DNA of 64,000 bases, taken from contig NC_052163.1 of assembly GCF_902713615.1 (NCBI RefSeq), forward strand, positions 53,120,878 through 53,184,877, written 5' to 3'. Source of the stretch: Scyliorhinus canicula (lineage: Eukaryota). Each line of letters opens with the position of its first letter. The stretch's first letter is position 1. Shown piece after piece: positions 24,330-37,317 of this stretch. The notes below the pieces were generated by a model. That model had not been told where the DNA came from. It was given only the letters and a program-made list of their open reading frames with translations, and ran no database searches. The position numbers and the translations under genes are program-made.

Positions 24330-24516
24330 AGGGGCTGTTTAGCTCACTGGGTTAAATCGCTGGCTTTGAAAGCAGACCAAGACAAGCCAGCAGCACGGTT
24401 CGATTCCCGTAACAGTCTCCCCGAACAGGCGCCGGAATGTGGCGACTAGGGGCTTTTCACAGTAACTCCATTTGAAGCCTACTCGTGACAATAAGCGATT
24501 TTCATTTTTCATTCAT
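24330..24516 (+). mobile_element. Short tRNA-derived SINE
   Basis: ggggctgtttagctcactgg...GGTTCGATTCCC...ttttcacagtaact...gattttcattt. Confidence 0.92.
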
Positions 24517-24658
24517 CATGGGTTTGAACTTGGTATCCTGTGAGATGGACGAGGGTGAGAAAATATTTATGTGTAACTATGGGGCAGTCTACAAACTGGA
24601 ATTAGAGTTCTTGATTGTCCTGATGATCAATTTGGATTTGTTTTGTTTATTATTCCAG

Positions 24659-24714
24659 CGCTAAAGAGCCCAGCCGCATTCCATGAGCAGAGGAAAAGTC
24701 TGGAAAGAGCCAAG
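24659..24714 (+). CDS. MYOCD: Myocardin-family coding exon (RPEL1-RPEL2 spacer; corresponds to mammalian MYOCD exon 3)
   Basis: Acceptor ttattattccAG (AG 24657-58), donor AAG|GTACGG. 56 nt, phase 1 to 0, translates (P)LKSPAAFHEQRKSLERAK, matching the myocardin/MRTF PLKSPAAFHEQ motif. The family call is very secure; the paralog call (MYOCD vs MRTF-A/B) is about 0.7. Confidence 0.92.
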
Positions 24715-25268
24715 GTACGGACACCCAAGATGTGGATGGCAAACTCAGGAATAGTTTTGTGTGTTATCAATTCAAAATGGTGATTCAGAGAATTGGATTT
24801 CACTGGATTGCATCGCTACAAGCCATTCGGGGAAGCCAGTCCCTGCCAGTGTCCAGGCGCCATTGGAGTTCCTCCCATTTTACCTTATCTAAATCAATCA
24901 GCGTAATCCTCTATTTCCCTCTCGCCCGCATGATTATCCAGCTTCCCCTTAGATGCATTTATATTATTCACTCCAGCCACTCCCTGCGGTAGTGAGTCCT
25001 ACATTCTCATCACCCCTTGGGTAAAGAAGTTTCTTCTGAATTCCTGATTGGATTTCTTGATGAGTTGCAGGGGCAGAAAAATAATTCTAGCTCAGCTTGA
25101 ATAAAAACCAAACACTGCACATGCTGGAAATCGGAAATAAAAAGATAAAACGCTGGAAAATCTCCGCAGGTCTGGCAGAGAGAAAGTAACAACGTTAGCG
25201 TTTCAAGTCCACCGAAGAAGAGCCACATTGGTCTCAAAAAGTAACTGCTGCTCCCACCACAGATGTTT

Positions 25269-25602
25269 CATAGAATTTACAGTGCAGAAGGAGGCCATTC
25301 GGCCCATCAAGTCTGCACCGGCTCTTGGAAAGAGCGCCCTACCCAAGGTCAACACCTCCACCCTATCTCCACAACCCAGTAACCCCACCCAACACTAAGG
25401 GCAATTTTGGACACTAAGGGCAATTTATCATGGCCAATCCACCTGACCTGCACATCTTTGGACTGTGGGAGGAAACCGGAGCACCCGGAGGAAACCCACG
25501 CACACGCGGGGAGGATGTGCAGACAGTGACCCAAGCCGGAATCGAACCTGGGACCCTGGAGCTGTGAAGCCATTGTGCTATCCACAATGCTACCGTGTTG
25601 TC
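25269..25602 (-). mobile_element. Full-length HE1-like V-SINE inserted in a Penelope-like terminal repeat
   Basis: Reverse complement of the 8694-9037 type. Host repeat cagatg(c)t|gtcaga(c)ctgctgag resumes on both sides. Confidence 0.92.
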
Positions 25603-25664
25603 AGAGCTGCTGAGATTTCCAGCATTTTCAATTTTTATTTCAAGCTAAGCCTGCGTCCTAAGTT

Positions 25665-26010
25665 TTTTTTTATTCATTCAGGGGACGTGAGTATCGCTGG
25701 CTGAACCAGCATTTATTGCCCATCCTTATTACCCTTGAGTTGACTGGTTTGCTGGGTCACATTGTTGTGAGTCCAGAGTCACATCTAGGCCACATTAGGT
25801 AAGATTGGCAGATTTCCTGACTTAAAGGACAAATCAACCAGATGTTTTTTTACGACATTGGTTTCCTGGTCATCCTTAGACTTCTAACTCCAGATTTCTA
25901 TTGAATTCAGATTTCACCCGCTGCCATGGTGATCCTCCATAAGGTTCTCCGGAGACACTTGGTCTTTGGATTACCAGTCCAGGGACAACACCACCATGCC
26001 ACTGCCTCCC
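25665..26010 (-). mobile_element. Older tRNA-derived SINE with LINE-like tail
   Basis: Tail gcatttattgcccatcc...acccttgag. Body homologous to 6880-7320. Head ...accaccatgccactgcctccc. Confidence 0.65.
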
Positions 26011-28846
26011 CTTAAATGTTTTTCAAAGTAAAAAAATACTTTGCAAGCAGTTATATTGTCAAATTAAAACTAAATCCTAACCCCTATATTAGTTCAGAAA
26101 TTGTATTATTCCAATCAAGGGTTAAATATGGAACTCGGCATGAGGTTATACACAACTTCATGTCAGAGATGTTGTAACGATTATAACCTCACTATTTCAT
26201 TACCTGTCCAGCGCCAGCTTGATTTCAAATCAGTTCTCGTAATGCAATGACTGTGCAAAGAACAGATAAGGAATTCTGAGATGTGTGAAGCCTTGCTGAT
26301 CAAAAATGTGTTGCATGTTGTACAAAATAATGTATTTTGTGTTTGTTCAAAGCATTTTTAAGAAGTTACTGCTTGAGTACTGCTAGTTCATATGCTGCAG
26401 GAACCTGAATAAAATAGCCACTGAATTGCATAACTAATCAGTAAAATAACCCAATTAGTCCATAACTATAATGGCTAGTTTCAGTGCTATTTATTTGTAT
26501 GGGATCAATTAAATAACCAATAAACTAAACGAGGGAGACAGATATATAAAGAAAGCCTTGCCTGAGACAGAGTAAAGGGGACAGTGATTGATTTGTTTTC
26601 TGGTAGAGTCCACTCAGTGACTAAAAGGTATGAGTACCAACTCTTGTTGTAAACAAAGAATTGGACAGTTCACAGCCCAACATTTAGTTCACTGTGCAGA
26701 GCTAAGTAGCTTCAGAATGCTGAAGAAAATCAGTCGCAAAGCAAGATAAACCAACATTTGGAGCCGATTGTTAAATATGAGTCAAAGTTAAAAAGATAAA
26801 AGCTGTTTAATCTACCTACTGTATAGATACTTTAAACTGTAATATTCTCTGTACACTTGACTGTCCACCAACATTTTTATTAGCCAGAAAACTTCAATCT
26901 TGTCACCTGGACTGTGTGTTTTCTTATGTTTCTGTCAATCGAGCTATGCAAGCTCATGGTTCCCAGCAAGCTTTCATTGCCTATTTATTAATATTGTCAA
27001 ATCTGTTTGTGGAGCATTTTGATTTAAAATTATCTTTCAGTGCTCTTGTATTTGTAGGCTACTTTCAATTCGTGGAGGTACAATGTCTCAAAAGTCTTGT
27101 AATATTTGTGTCAAAATGGTTGAGCATGACAGAAATTAGTATTTTGAAACACTGTCCAAATTTCCATCCTTAATTGTTTTCAAACTTTTCCCCTTGGTAG
27201 CTGCACATTTCTGTAAGGAGCATTGGCATATTTATTCCTTTTTTCCTTGGTGATGATGACTTTCTCCCCTTTCTGTGAATGCAGTGTTTTTTTTCTTGGA
27301 TTCTGTACATTTGAAAATTCCTCTTCTGGTGCTCTGGCTTGCATTGCTGGTTTCATTATTTGTTGAGCCCCGTTTCACCTCAGGGTAATCTCTACCCTAA
27401 CCCACTCCTCTCATTTCTTCAGCTGTTTCTGGACACAACAATTGTCATTCTTTTGCATTAATATTTGTGCTGATAATTCATTGGTGGTGCAGTATTCAGA
27501 AGGGTGAACGCTTGTCCTGATTACAAGTTTCAGGACTTCCAGGTTGTGACCACGTGATGGTCATAATATCAGATTTATCACTGGTCGTACCAAATTCATC
27601 AAGTTTACTTTGGGATTTCTGCCAGTTGAATAAAACCCATATGTCAGGAGTCATGTCATTAATATGGAAGCATTCCAATGCACCTAATGCCAACTGCAAG
27701 ACACCGTAAAATGGGAGTGAGCATCGGAAAACAATTTAATTGGAAAAGAGAATAATTAATCAGTTGATCGTGACCCTTAATTAGCTCACATTTCAGGTTG
27801 CTTCATCTGAATTGAGGACAGTTGCAGTACAAAACCTCAATATATGTTTGTGGTCAGTTAGATATGAAGTGGATATACATTTTGTTCCTTTTTTCTTTTT
27901 GCAGCCAAGTGTAAAATATGAGATAAATAGGGAAAATGTGTAGAAAGCTGACATCTTTTTGAGCCATATGGTCATTGGTACAAGCAATGGAGATAAGAAT
28001 TGAGGGAGCTGGATAACCCTCCGAGAATTTATTTTTGAGCTTCAAATGTATGAACTATTTGGGATTATGTGAAGAGTTTAGAACTGCACAGATAGACAAA
28101 CAACTAACAAATTAGCATATGCAGTGTTATGAATTGAGGTGAATTGAGATATTATTGGGAACACCAAATTAATTAAAAAGATTATTTAAATTGGCTTCTC
28201 GTAAAGTGAGTGAGGGCATAGGGGAAAGGTCTGGGCGGGTTTCAATGTCTGGATGTTCAAAAGCAATGCATTTAATTGTGCCATGTGCTTTAAAATATAC
28301 ATCTAGGTATCGAGGAAGTGCAGCTACTGAATTAACTTTTGCTGTTCCAACCTGGTGCACTGCTTTTACCCAAAAAGTGTAAGGTCAGTTTTCTCAGTCC
28401 TTTCTCGTAGCTCATCCTAAAAAGGATATGGATGAAGGAGAAGTTGTATTAAGGATTTACAATGATGCCAGGACAAAGAAACTATAAACTATCAGGATGG
28501 GCTGAGCAGGCTGGAGCTCTTTTCTCAGTTGAAAAGAGAGTATTAATCCATTGATATAACCTCCCTTCAAATTAATTCAGATGAAATGTACAGTTGATGT
28601 TTATAACAGCCAAGTAGAAGTTTGATTGTGTTCAGTTGAGAAAGAAGTGGTTTTCCATTTTATTCCCCTTTATTATAACATTCAAATATAAAAGATGAAA
28701 TGTGGGGAGTGGGGAAACTTCTCAACAAGTGCAATTGGTCCTGTCACTGAACATCTCCACCCTAATATCTAGAGTTGTATGACTAGGCATGCCTCATGTG
28801 CCTAGAAATATTTTGTAACACAATGTGTGTTCCCTGTTCTAAACCA

Positions 28847-28866
28847 CCCCCCCCCCCCCCCCCCCC

Positions 28867-28900
<34 letters not shown>
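28847..28900 (+). repeat. Poly-C followed by a (CA)n microsatellite
   Basis: Read directly. Confidence 0.95.
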
Positions 28901-28905
<5 letters not shown>

Positions 28906-30811
28906 AGATCTACTATGGCTAATGTCCATCCCATAAAGATAAATGGTGGGGCAAGAAAATGGTCCTGAATTTAGTCAATAACATGGTGCCAGTTCATGCC
29001 ACAATACCGTTATTACATAGCCTTTAATTTGATTCTCCATCTATTGGTGCGGATATCATTTACATTAACCACATTGTTATCGTAGGACAAACAAATTGTT
29101 CTCTCTTTCATTGTAAAATGCACAGACAAGGGCACAGATTATGCCACTGCACATTTTCTTCAGTCGCTCACTCTTAAGAATTTCTGTTTTGGCAGTGGAC
29201 AATGATGATTTAATCGCAGAACACACCAAAATAAACTTTTGATGGTTCTGCTTCTTCACAAAAATGCAATATATAATTGCTTGTCCAGTTCTGCTTCTCG
29301 TGATGTGATTCAGAGAAAGAAAGATAAAATCAAGGATGTTTTTCTTGTACGCAATGAAGACACCAATTCTTATTCTGGTTTTATGTCAGTTATGATAAAT
29401 ATGGGAGTATCAGGGTCATGTTCAAGAACTAGTTGGTGGCCCAACCCAAGTGCCTCATAATAACAGTGCAACTTTCATTGACAGCAATGCAGGCCGAGGG
29501 TTTAGAATTCCTCAGATTGCAATGCTGTCATCAAATTTACTTCATGTGTTCAGTGCAAGTCCTCCATGAGTGTTCTTATGGCCCTAAGCTTGCATTGCTA
29601 TTCTCTGCTATGCATTGGGTTCTCATGCCCAAACCATAAACCCATAGAATATGCGGGAAGCCAGTCATGTTTCCTCTTTACCTCTAAGGACAAGTAGTAG
29701 CATACTATCAAAGAAATCCATACAGGCTCTACTATTTAATCAGATTTGTTTAAAGATTGAATGACCAACAAAGAACTACAAAGATATAAACTTAAAAGAA
29801 ATATAATATATTGTATGGATGGATGGACTGGCCTGTCATTCTGGAAGTGAGAAAAACAAAATCCTTTCTCTCATCAAATTCTTGGCAATATATTTTGTGA
29901 TCTCAAATTACATGGAATAATTTGTCACACAACCTCCATTATTCATCCGGTCATCTATAGCAAAATAGGGAATTTAGACCACATAAAAGTCTGTGAGCTA
30001 CAAGGCTGTCTTTAACTTTGAAGATCAAACAATTTCTGTTCCTGAGTCAGACAAGCGAACCATTGTAGACAAAGTAAAGAACTTGAATTTAGGCTTTCTG
30101 GGGGCCTACAAGTCTACTTCAACAGCAAATGGAAAATACAGTCCCACCTGTGTGGTTGAAATAGGATTAACCGATAAAAGGTCCTCGGCTTTAGAAAAAC
30201 CTGTAGCTTGATCCATATCTGGATCAAGTCGTCCTGGGGCCCCGTTATTGGTTAGCTACATGATGGAGACTTTGATAGTATGTATTTACTGTGGTGGGAG
30301 AAAAATTTGTTTGCATAGCGCTGCTTCTAACAGCGCCACAAGACATAACTTAATTTACCAGGGGTATCAATGCTGTGGCCTGCTCTCTGTGCAGCCTACA
30401 CCCAGGGGATCGATGCAAGTATGCATGAATACCTATATGATGCTACATGAGAAGAATTTACCCCCTAGTTTACCTCAATGGAAATGTGCATCTCGTTTTG
30501 GGGGAAAGCCCATTTTTTTTTGTCACACTGTATATATGCCATTAAATATGTTAAAATTAGCCCCCCATTGCGTTCAAAATTGCTGCAATTTTAATAAAGT
30601 TTATAACATCCAGAAAGTTAGATTAAATGACACACTGCTTATGCCAGCTTCTCATACAGTACACTAAACACTATGAAAGAAATTCAGATCGAAATTGATG
30701 TTAAAGTACACCTCAGTGTTTTAATGGGCTGGATTTGTGACCAGAATAATGCTGAGGCTCTCTGCTCTCAACGTTCTTATGGAGTAAATTGGACAGCAAC
30801 TTCTGGAGTTT

Positions 30812-31128
30812 GCAGTGGCACAGTGGTTAGCACTGCTGTCTCATAGCACCAGGGATCCGGGTTCAATTCCTGTCTTGGGTGATGGTCAGTTAGCACTTTC
30901 TCCCTGTGTCTGCGTGGGTTTCCTCTAGGTGCTAAGGTTTCCTCACAGTCCAAAGATGTGCAGGTTAGGTGGAGTGACCACGCTAAGTTGTCCATTAGTG
31001 TTCAAGGATGTGTAGGTTCAGTTATGGGAATAGGGCGGGGGCGTGGGCCTAGGCCGGGTGCTCTTTCAGAGGGTTGGCATAGACCCAATGGGCCGAATGG
31101 CCTCCTTCTGCACTGTAGGAATCCTATG
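30812..31128 (+). mobile_element. HE1-like V-SINE (older)
   Basis: Head, V core and gggccgaatggcctccttctgcactgtagg tail. Confidence 0.88.
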
Positions 31129-31581
31129 TGCAGCTAAACTCAGAAATCAGGAAGTTGCTGTCCAAGTTCCTCTGCTCCTCCACAGGCTGTGCTACTGCAG
31201 TATCTTATTGACAGTCTCAGAGTTGAAATCCATGTGAAAATGTGAAGTTGCTGTACTTACCCACTAGTTACCCATTAATGTAGCAAAAAGAAATTAGAGC
31301 CCTTGCATTCAAATAATCTTTTAGTGGTATAATAACTCAAACAACCTCTCATCATGCACTGAACATTTTATTTTACAAGTGTAGAATCTTTTCACATAAC
31401 TTCATTGCAGTGTTAATATAAGCCTAGTTGTGACACTAATAAAAGATTATTATCATTCCTTCAGATTTTAATTAGTGTTGGAGATTTTTTTTACATTTTA
31501 CTTTGTATTTTTGTCACTGTCTTATCTCTGTCTCTATCTACCCCTCTTTTTAATTTGCCTTCTTTGCATGACTTTACAATT

Positions 31582-31795
31582 TTTTTTTAATTTTGAATTT
31601 CTTTTTCCAATTCAGGGATAGTTTTAGTGTGGCCAATCCACCTACCCTGCACATCTTTGGGTTGTAGAGTGAGACCCACGCAGACTTGGAGAGATTGTGC
31701 AAAGTCCACACAGGCAGTGACCCAGGACTGGGATTGAACCCGGGTCCTCGGCGCCGTGAGGCAGCAGTGCTAACTACTGTGCCACCGTGCCGTCC
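31582..31795 (-). mobile_element. Short V-SINE variant with A-rich tail and 13-bp TSD
   Basis: TGACTTTACAATT duplicated at 31569-31581 and 31796-31808. HE1-type head with a shortened core and no CR1 tail. Confidence 0.88.
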
Positions 31796-32382
31796 TGACT
31801 TTACAATTAATTAAGTCTAATTTATACTCTTTGGGTTAGACTTTTTGGGATGGGGTCATGGCATTTTAGCATATCAAAGTGCAGCTAGAAATGTTGGGTC
31901 AGATGTTAACATTTTTAGGTAGTTGAATCCCTACTTCACTTCTGGGTTTTGTAGAGGTGATACAAGGGGTAGCGAATTAACCAGCTTCCAGAAAGAGTGT
32001 TGGTAATTGAAATGTTTTAACAAGGCTGGCAGACTGTAATTTAACCTGACTTGAAGATTTTGCAGTTGGTGGTGAAGTATCCCAGAACTGGGGAGGTTAA
32101 GTATCATCACAGCACTACTTCTGGGTCAGGAGTACCCACCCCCATCAGCTAAACCCAACCTCTACAATGGTCCCTGAGGTGAGGGATCATATCCCCTGCT
32201 GGGATCAGTGGTGACTTAGACCTACTCAGTTTTGCCAGCAGCCCTGGGAAGCTCCCTGATTGATTGGAAGCCAGACCTGTCAATCAGACTGACACTGGGT
32301 TGGGAATATAACCGGGATAAAAGATGCAGAGTATCGAGTTAAAAGTCCAGTGTGCAGAGAAATGAGGAGATCTGAAACTTGG

Positions 32383-32732
32383 GGTGGAAGGGTAACACAG
32401 TGGTTACCACAGTTGCTTCACAGCTCCAGGGTCCCAGGTTCGATTCCCGGCTTGGGTCATTGTCTGTGCAGATTCTGCATGTTCTTTCGGTGTCTTGTGG
32501 GTTTCCTCCGGGTGCTCCGGTTTCCTCCCACAGTCCAAAGATGTGCAGGTTAGGTGGATTGGTCAGGCTTAATTGCCCTTGGTGCCCAAAAAAGGTTAGG
32601 TGGGGTTGTTGGGTTACGGGGATGGGGTGGAGGTGTGGGCTTATATGGGGCGCTTTTTCCAAGGGCTGGTGCAGACTCGATGGACCGAATGGCCTCATTC
32701 TGCACTGTAGATTTTCTGATTCATATTCTATG
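32383..32732 (+). mobile_element. HE1-like V-SINE
   Basis: Head, V core and CR1-type tail. Confidence 0.9.
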
Positions 32733-33134
32733 ATTCACTTCCTCTGCTTATGTAATCTGCCACTGTTACTATCCAGGTTGATGTGTCTCAATGAGAATCC
32801 TTCAATCTATTTGATTGTTGAGCCTTGTTGTAGATTGTCCTGCTCACCAATCACATATCTGGTTGTCATGCATGGGAAAATAAACCTCAAAATGCGGAAA
32901 AGTTACTGCTTAAAAGTCCCTGAAATGTCTATGGGCAGCTGTAAGCCTAATCAATGGTGAGCACTGTTTGCAACTGAACAGAAAAAAACAATGCTATTGT
33001 GGCTTTTTTTTAAAAAAGCAAACCATTGTGGAAACTTGTATAAACGTTGTGATAATGGTGAGTGGAGGGCTGGGGCATATGACGATTCTGGAATTAGGTG
33101 CTGAGTGGAAGAAACTAGAATCGTCCCACACTGG

Positions 33135-35263
33135 GGGAAGAATTCTCCCATCCTGCCCATGGCAGTTTTGATGATCGGTGTGAATGGAGAATCTAGCGGA
33201 AACCAAATGGATGGAAATCTGCTGGCAGAAAATCATGTTGCAATTCTCCCATTGGCTGGTGGTACAAACACCATTTTAATTAATTTGCATCGCGTGAAGG
33301 CTCATTAAAACAGCTGCACACCAGCATCCCATCCAGCTACTGCGCTGCTGGATTTGGTGGAGACAGAGTCAGAGAGGACTGTGAGTGGCTGCACACCCTT
33401 GGGAGTTTCCTGAGTGGAGGCCCCTGGGGTGTCCAGCTGATTTTCATCCTTCCTGTCGGTGGCAGAGAGCTCTGACCTGAACCTGTAGGAGATGGTGCAC
33501 CTGGAAGGAGGTCAGGTTGCCATGTCTCCAAGATCCTGATGGTGCCCACCAGATTGTATGACCATGGAGTGCAGGGCTGAGTAAAACTCTGGCAGGATCT
33601 GCAGGACCAAGGTCTCCATGCTCTTTGTCAACTTTCCGATGGTGACCTCGAGGCACTCGCATGTCGGAGACACAACCTCAGACAGAATGGAGGCAGGCTC
33701 CTCTATCGTTCACTCTAGTCTGCTGAGAGATTCTAGAAGATCTGCCCCATATTCCACTGCTTGCCTTTGCACCAGTGAGCGTACAGCTGCTTCCAGAGCC
33801 TCATCATCTGACTGGAACTGAGCGAGTGGCTAGTCTCCAGCAGCCCTCCAAGTGTCGGATACCTGGGCTGTCCCTGCCTCTGACTTCTACTGGCACGTGT
33901 CTCAGATGTATCCTCCAGAAAGTGACTCCTAGCCTTGAACTGCGCACCACTGAGGTGTGTGTCTCTGCTCCGGTGGAGGGTGTAGCTGAACGCTGTGATG
34001 GTTTTTTCTTAGCTCCCTCGGACATGCCCGGGGGCTCAGACAGTTGCTGGGCTGGCTTTCTGGCTGTGATCTGCTGGAAGCTGAAAAATACAAAAGCACC
34101 TTTTAGCGGATGAGCTGAAGCGAATTCAGCATAAATGGCAAGATTCGCTGAAGAGATAGGGCTGAGATCTATACTAGGTTGTTGTGAGAGGCCAAGATCT
34201 GCGTCACCATTGGAACAATCCTGGATCTTGCCAGCGAGCTCTGCAGCAGCCTTCTCGCATTTGCTGAGGGGTTGTATCTCTGCCATGCCTCCTACTTGTG
34301 CGCAAGTTTGGCCTGTGTCCCCTGTGACTAAATGTGTGAGGTCCGTGAAGAGAGTGACCATTTGGATTCATGATGCCATGCTGAAGTTTAATAGTGGAGG
34401 AAGCTGAAAGAGGACTTGCCCAGGCAGAGTGGATGAGATCATTAATCCACTTCCTGAACTGGATCGTGCTTCAGGGGTAGTTGGCAGCTGTGCTGACCTC
34501 CAGGACAATGGCTTCCCAGGCCAAAAAGGTGAGGTTGGTGTGCTTCTTTGAGACATACCTGGGTCTAGAGCACATAAAATAAATAAATAAATGTAGGCAT
34601 ACATTAACGCTGCAATGAAATTACTGTGAAAAGCCACATTCCGGCGCCTATTCTGTTACACAGAGGGAGAATTCAAATTCTCATCCGGTACGGGAATTGA
34701 ACCCGCGCTGCTGGCCTTGTTCTGCATCACAAACCAGCTGTCTAGCCCACTGAGTTAAACCAGCACCTGAGCACCCTGGAACTGCCAGTCTTGGCATTGC
34801 CACCGGGCACCTTGGCAGTGCCAGGCTGACATCCTGGTGGCACTGCCAGGGTATCAGACTGGCAATTCCAGCTTGCCCAGGTGGCACCAGCAGGCTGCCA
34901 CCCTGCCCAGAGGACAAGCACCTGGGAGCCTCTGAACCCTTGGGAGACCCTCCCCCATGAGTGCCATTCCATCTTGTCCCCATTTGTGGAGACCAGCACT
35001 GAACGGTTCTCGGCTGAGGTGAAGGGGTTAGATCCCACACCTTGGGAAAGTATGTTAGAGTGTGATTAGCTGTCTCACTCTAATACGCGGATTTGCAAAA
35101 TAGTGATACTGCCCACAATGGGCAGGATTCAGATCGTGATGTCTTACGCCATCTCATTAGATCCTGCGAGGCATGATGATTCGGATAGATCCCGGAAGCG
35201 GAACCGCCCGGCATATACTAGCCGCGCTGCCTCCCGGGCGCAACGTGGCCAGTTGGTCGCGCC
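33135..35263 (-). mobile_element. Composite PIF/Harbinger remnant with a Myb/SANT-like pseudo-ORF
   Basis: The minus strand at about 34416-34522 reads AWEAIVLEVSTAANYP*STIQFRKWINDLIHSA (W..IA..VS....R...QCRK..NDL motif). Harbinger-like ends. Confidence 0.7.
34574..34767 (-). mobile_element. Short tRNA-derived SINE variant inserted in a Harbinger remnant
   Basis: Reverse complement of the gctggtttaactcagtgggc head and the ttttcacagtaatttcattgcag tail. Confidence 0.8.
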
Positions 35264-36005
35264 AGTAATATTGGACTCAAAACATTCACTCTCTTTCTCT
35301 CTCCGTAGATGCTGCCATACCTGCTGAGTATTTCCTGAATTTTCTGTTTTTATAACAGATTTCCAGCATCCGCTGGATTTTTCTTTTATCAAACTAACTT
35401 GAATTACAGCCAGAAATTACACTGCAGTTAAAAATGGTGGAATGTTGAGGAGATGATCAATGCGTGAATATAGTAGCCTCGCCATGCAAAAGACAGGGAA
35501 GCTTATTATAAAAATATCATTGTACGAGTTTTAATGATATTCATGGGAAACTGTGGTCCCTACATACATGATTGTGGTCTGATTAAGTAATTTGATATTA
35601 TGATAGACAAAAAACAATCACACTGTGAGAGGCAAATGCATCTTGGTAGAATTATAAATATGTTGCACATTATAAAATTAATTCAAATCAGAAAATTTGG
35701 AAGAACAGCTATGTGAACCTATAGCATGAGTCCCATGTACATCTTTGTAATACGTATCATGTGCTGTGTAAGTAGCAGCTGTTCTTTAGTTGGACTAAGC
35801 ATTTTAATTTTAAATAAAGACAGAAAATGCTGGACGAGCTCAACAAGTCTGGCAGCATCTGTGACGAGAAAAACAGAGTTAACATTTCGAGGCCATATGC
35901 CTCTTCTTCGAAGCATTTGAATTTCCTGCTTTTCTATTCATTTGAATGGAGCCTTGAAATTGATATTTTAAAGAAGTGACCTGCGCTGAGGAAAATAGAC
36001 CTATT

Positions 36006-36142
36006 GGCCGGGATTCTCCGTTGCGGGTCCGCTCCGCTACCTCTGCTGGCGAGGACGGAGAATCTGGCACTCAGCCAAATCTCCCATTGACTGCATCAGG
36101 ACCGGAGAATCCCCTGCCGTGAACGGACGGAGAATCCAGCCC
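36006..36142. mobile_element. Small PIF/Harbinger-type MITE
   Basis: TIR GGCCGGGATTCTCCGT ... ACGGAGAATCCAGCCC. Confidence 0.75.
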
Positions 36143-36408
36143 ATAATATTTGTCTATCAATGTATATTTATATTTTGAGCATGATATATTTGTATTTTCA
36201 AATATTTGAGGTTCTTGTTGATTTTGTAGTAATGTAATAGGGTGCCTAGGACTCTCCGTAGTTGACAGTACCAGCTGATATTGCAGTCATATAGGCAGTT
36301 TCTAATATTGGCTTCGATCCATAGGAACCCAAATTCTATTCCTTATTCATCAAATCACATATTCAACCCATTGTGCCTGCGCCAGCTGCTTGAACGAACT
36401 ATCCAGCC

Positions 36409-36615
36409 AGGGGCTGGTTTAGCTAGGGGCTGGTTTAGCTCACTGGGCTAAATCGCTGGCTTTTAAAGCAGACCAAGCAGGCCAGCAGCACGGTTCGATT
36501 CCCGTACCAGCCTCCCCGGACAGGCGCCGGAATGTGGCGACTAGGGGCTTTTCACAGTAACTTCATTGAAGCCTACTCGTGACAATAAGCGATTTTCATT
36601 TAATTTCATTTCAAT
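36409..36615 (+). mobile_element. Short tRNA-derived SINE with duplicated 5' end
   Basis: AGGGGCTGGTTTAGCT occurs twice, followed by the family body. Confidence 0.92.
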
Positions 36616-37317
36616 TAGTTTCACACCGCTGTTTTCTCCCTATACCCCTACAATTCTTTTCCCTTCGAGTATTTCTCCATTTCCCTTTTTAAAGGTACAA
36701 CTGAATATGCTTTCATCTCCCTTTCAGGTGGTACTTTCCAGATCTTGGATCTATTATAGGGTTTCTCCTATTTTTTTTATGGGGCGCTGCTACCTTCCTA
36801 TCAATTAAGACTCGACTAGAACTTGATCCAGTGTTGCGCACAGTATGATCGTTACAAATAATGAATAAATACTTTAACTTTAGCTTCACAGCCAAATTCT
36901 TTGCTTATGGATGGTTATTATTTAGCAGAGGAGATAGAAACAAGAGGGAGCCATTTACTCCCTTGTACCTGTTCCATCACTCACTGAGATCATGGCTGAC
37001 TCCAAAGAACCACCTTTGCCCCATGGACCTGAACACCATTGGTTGACAGAAATATATCAAACCCAGATTTAAATTTACAACTGAACCCAGTATCAATTGT
37101 TGTTTCCAAAAGAGAATTCCAAATGTCTGCCCCCCTCATTGTACTCCACTCCTGAAGATATATCCCTAATTATTTAGCCAGTTCCCATGGTTGTAGATTC
37201 CCCAACCGGTGAAAACAGTTTCTCTATTTCTTACCCGTTCCCCTTAATATCTTAAAGCATCAATCAAATCACAGTCTATCTTCTCAAACCTGGATTTTCA
37301 TCCTCAAAGTGTGTACA

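Noticed and set aside
1-24658. Upstream exon encoding RPEL1 (VLQLRLQQRRT...)
   Set aside because: No matching exon found by eye. It probably lies upstream of the window. A tBLASTn search would settle this.
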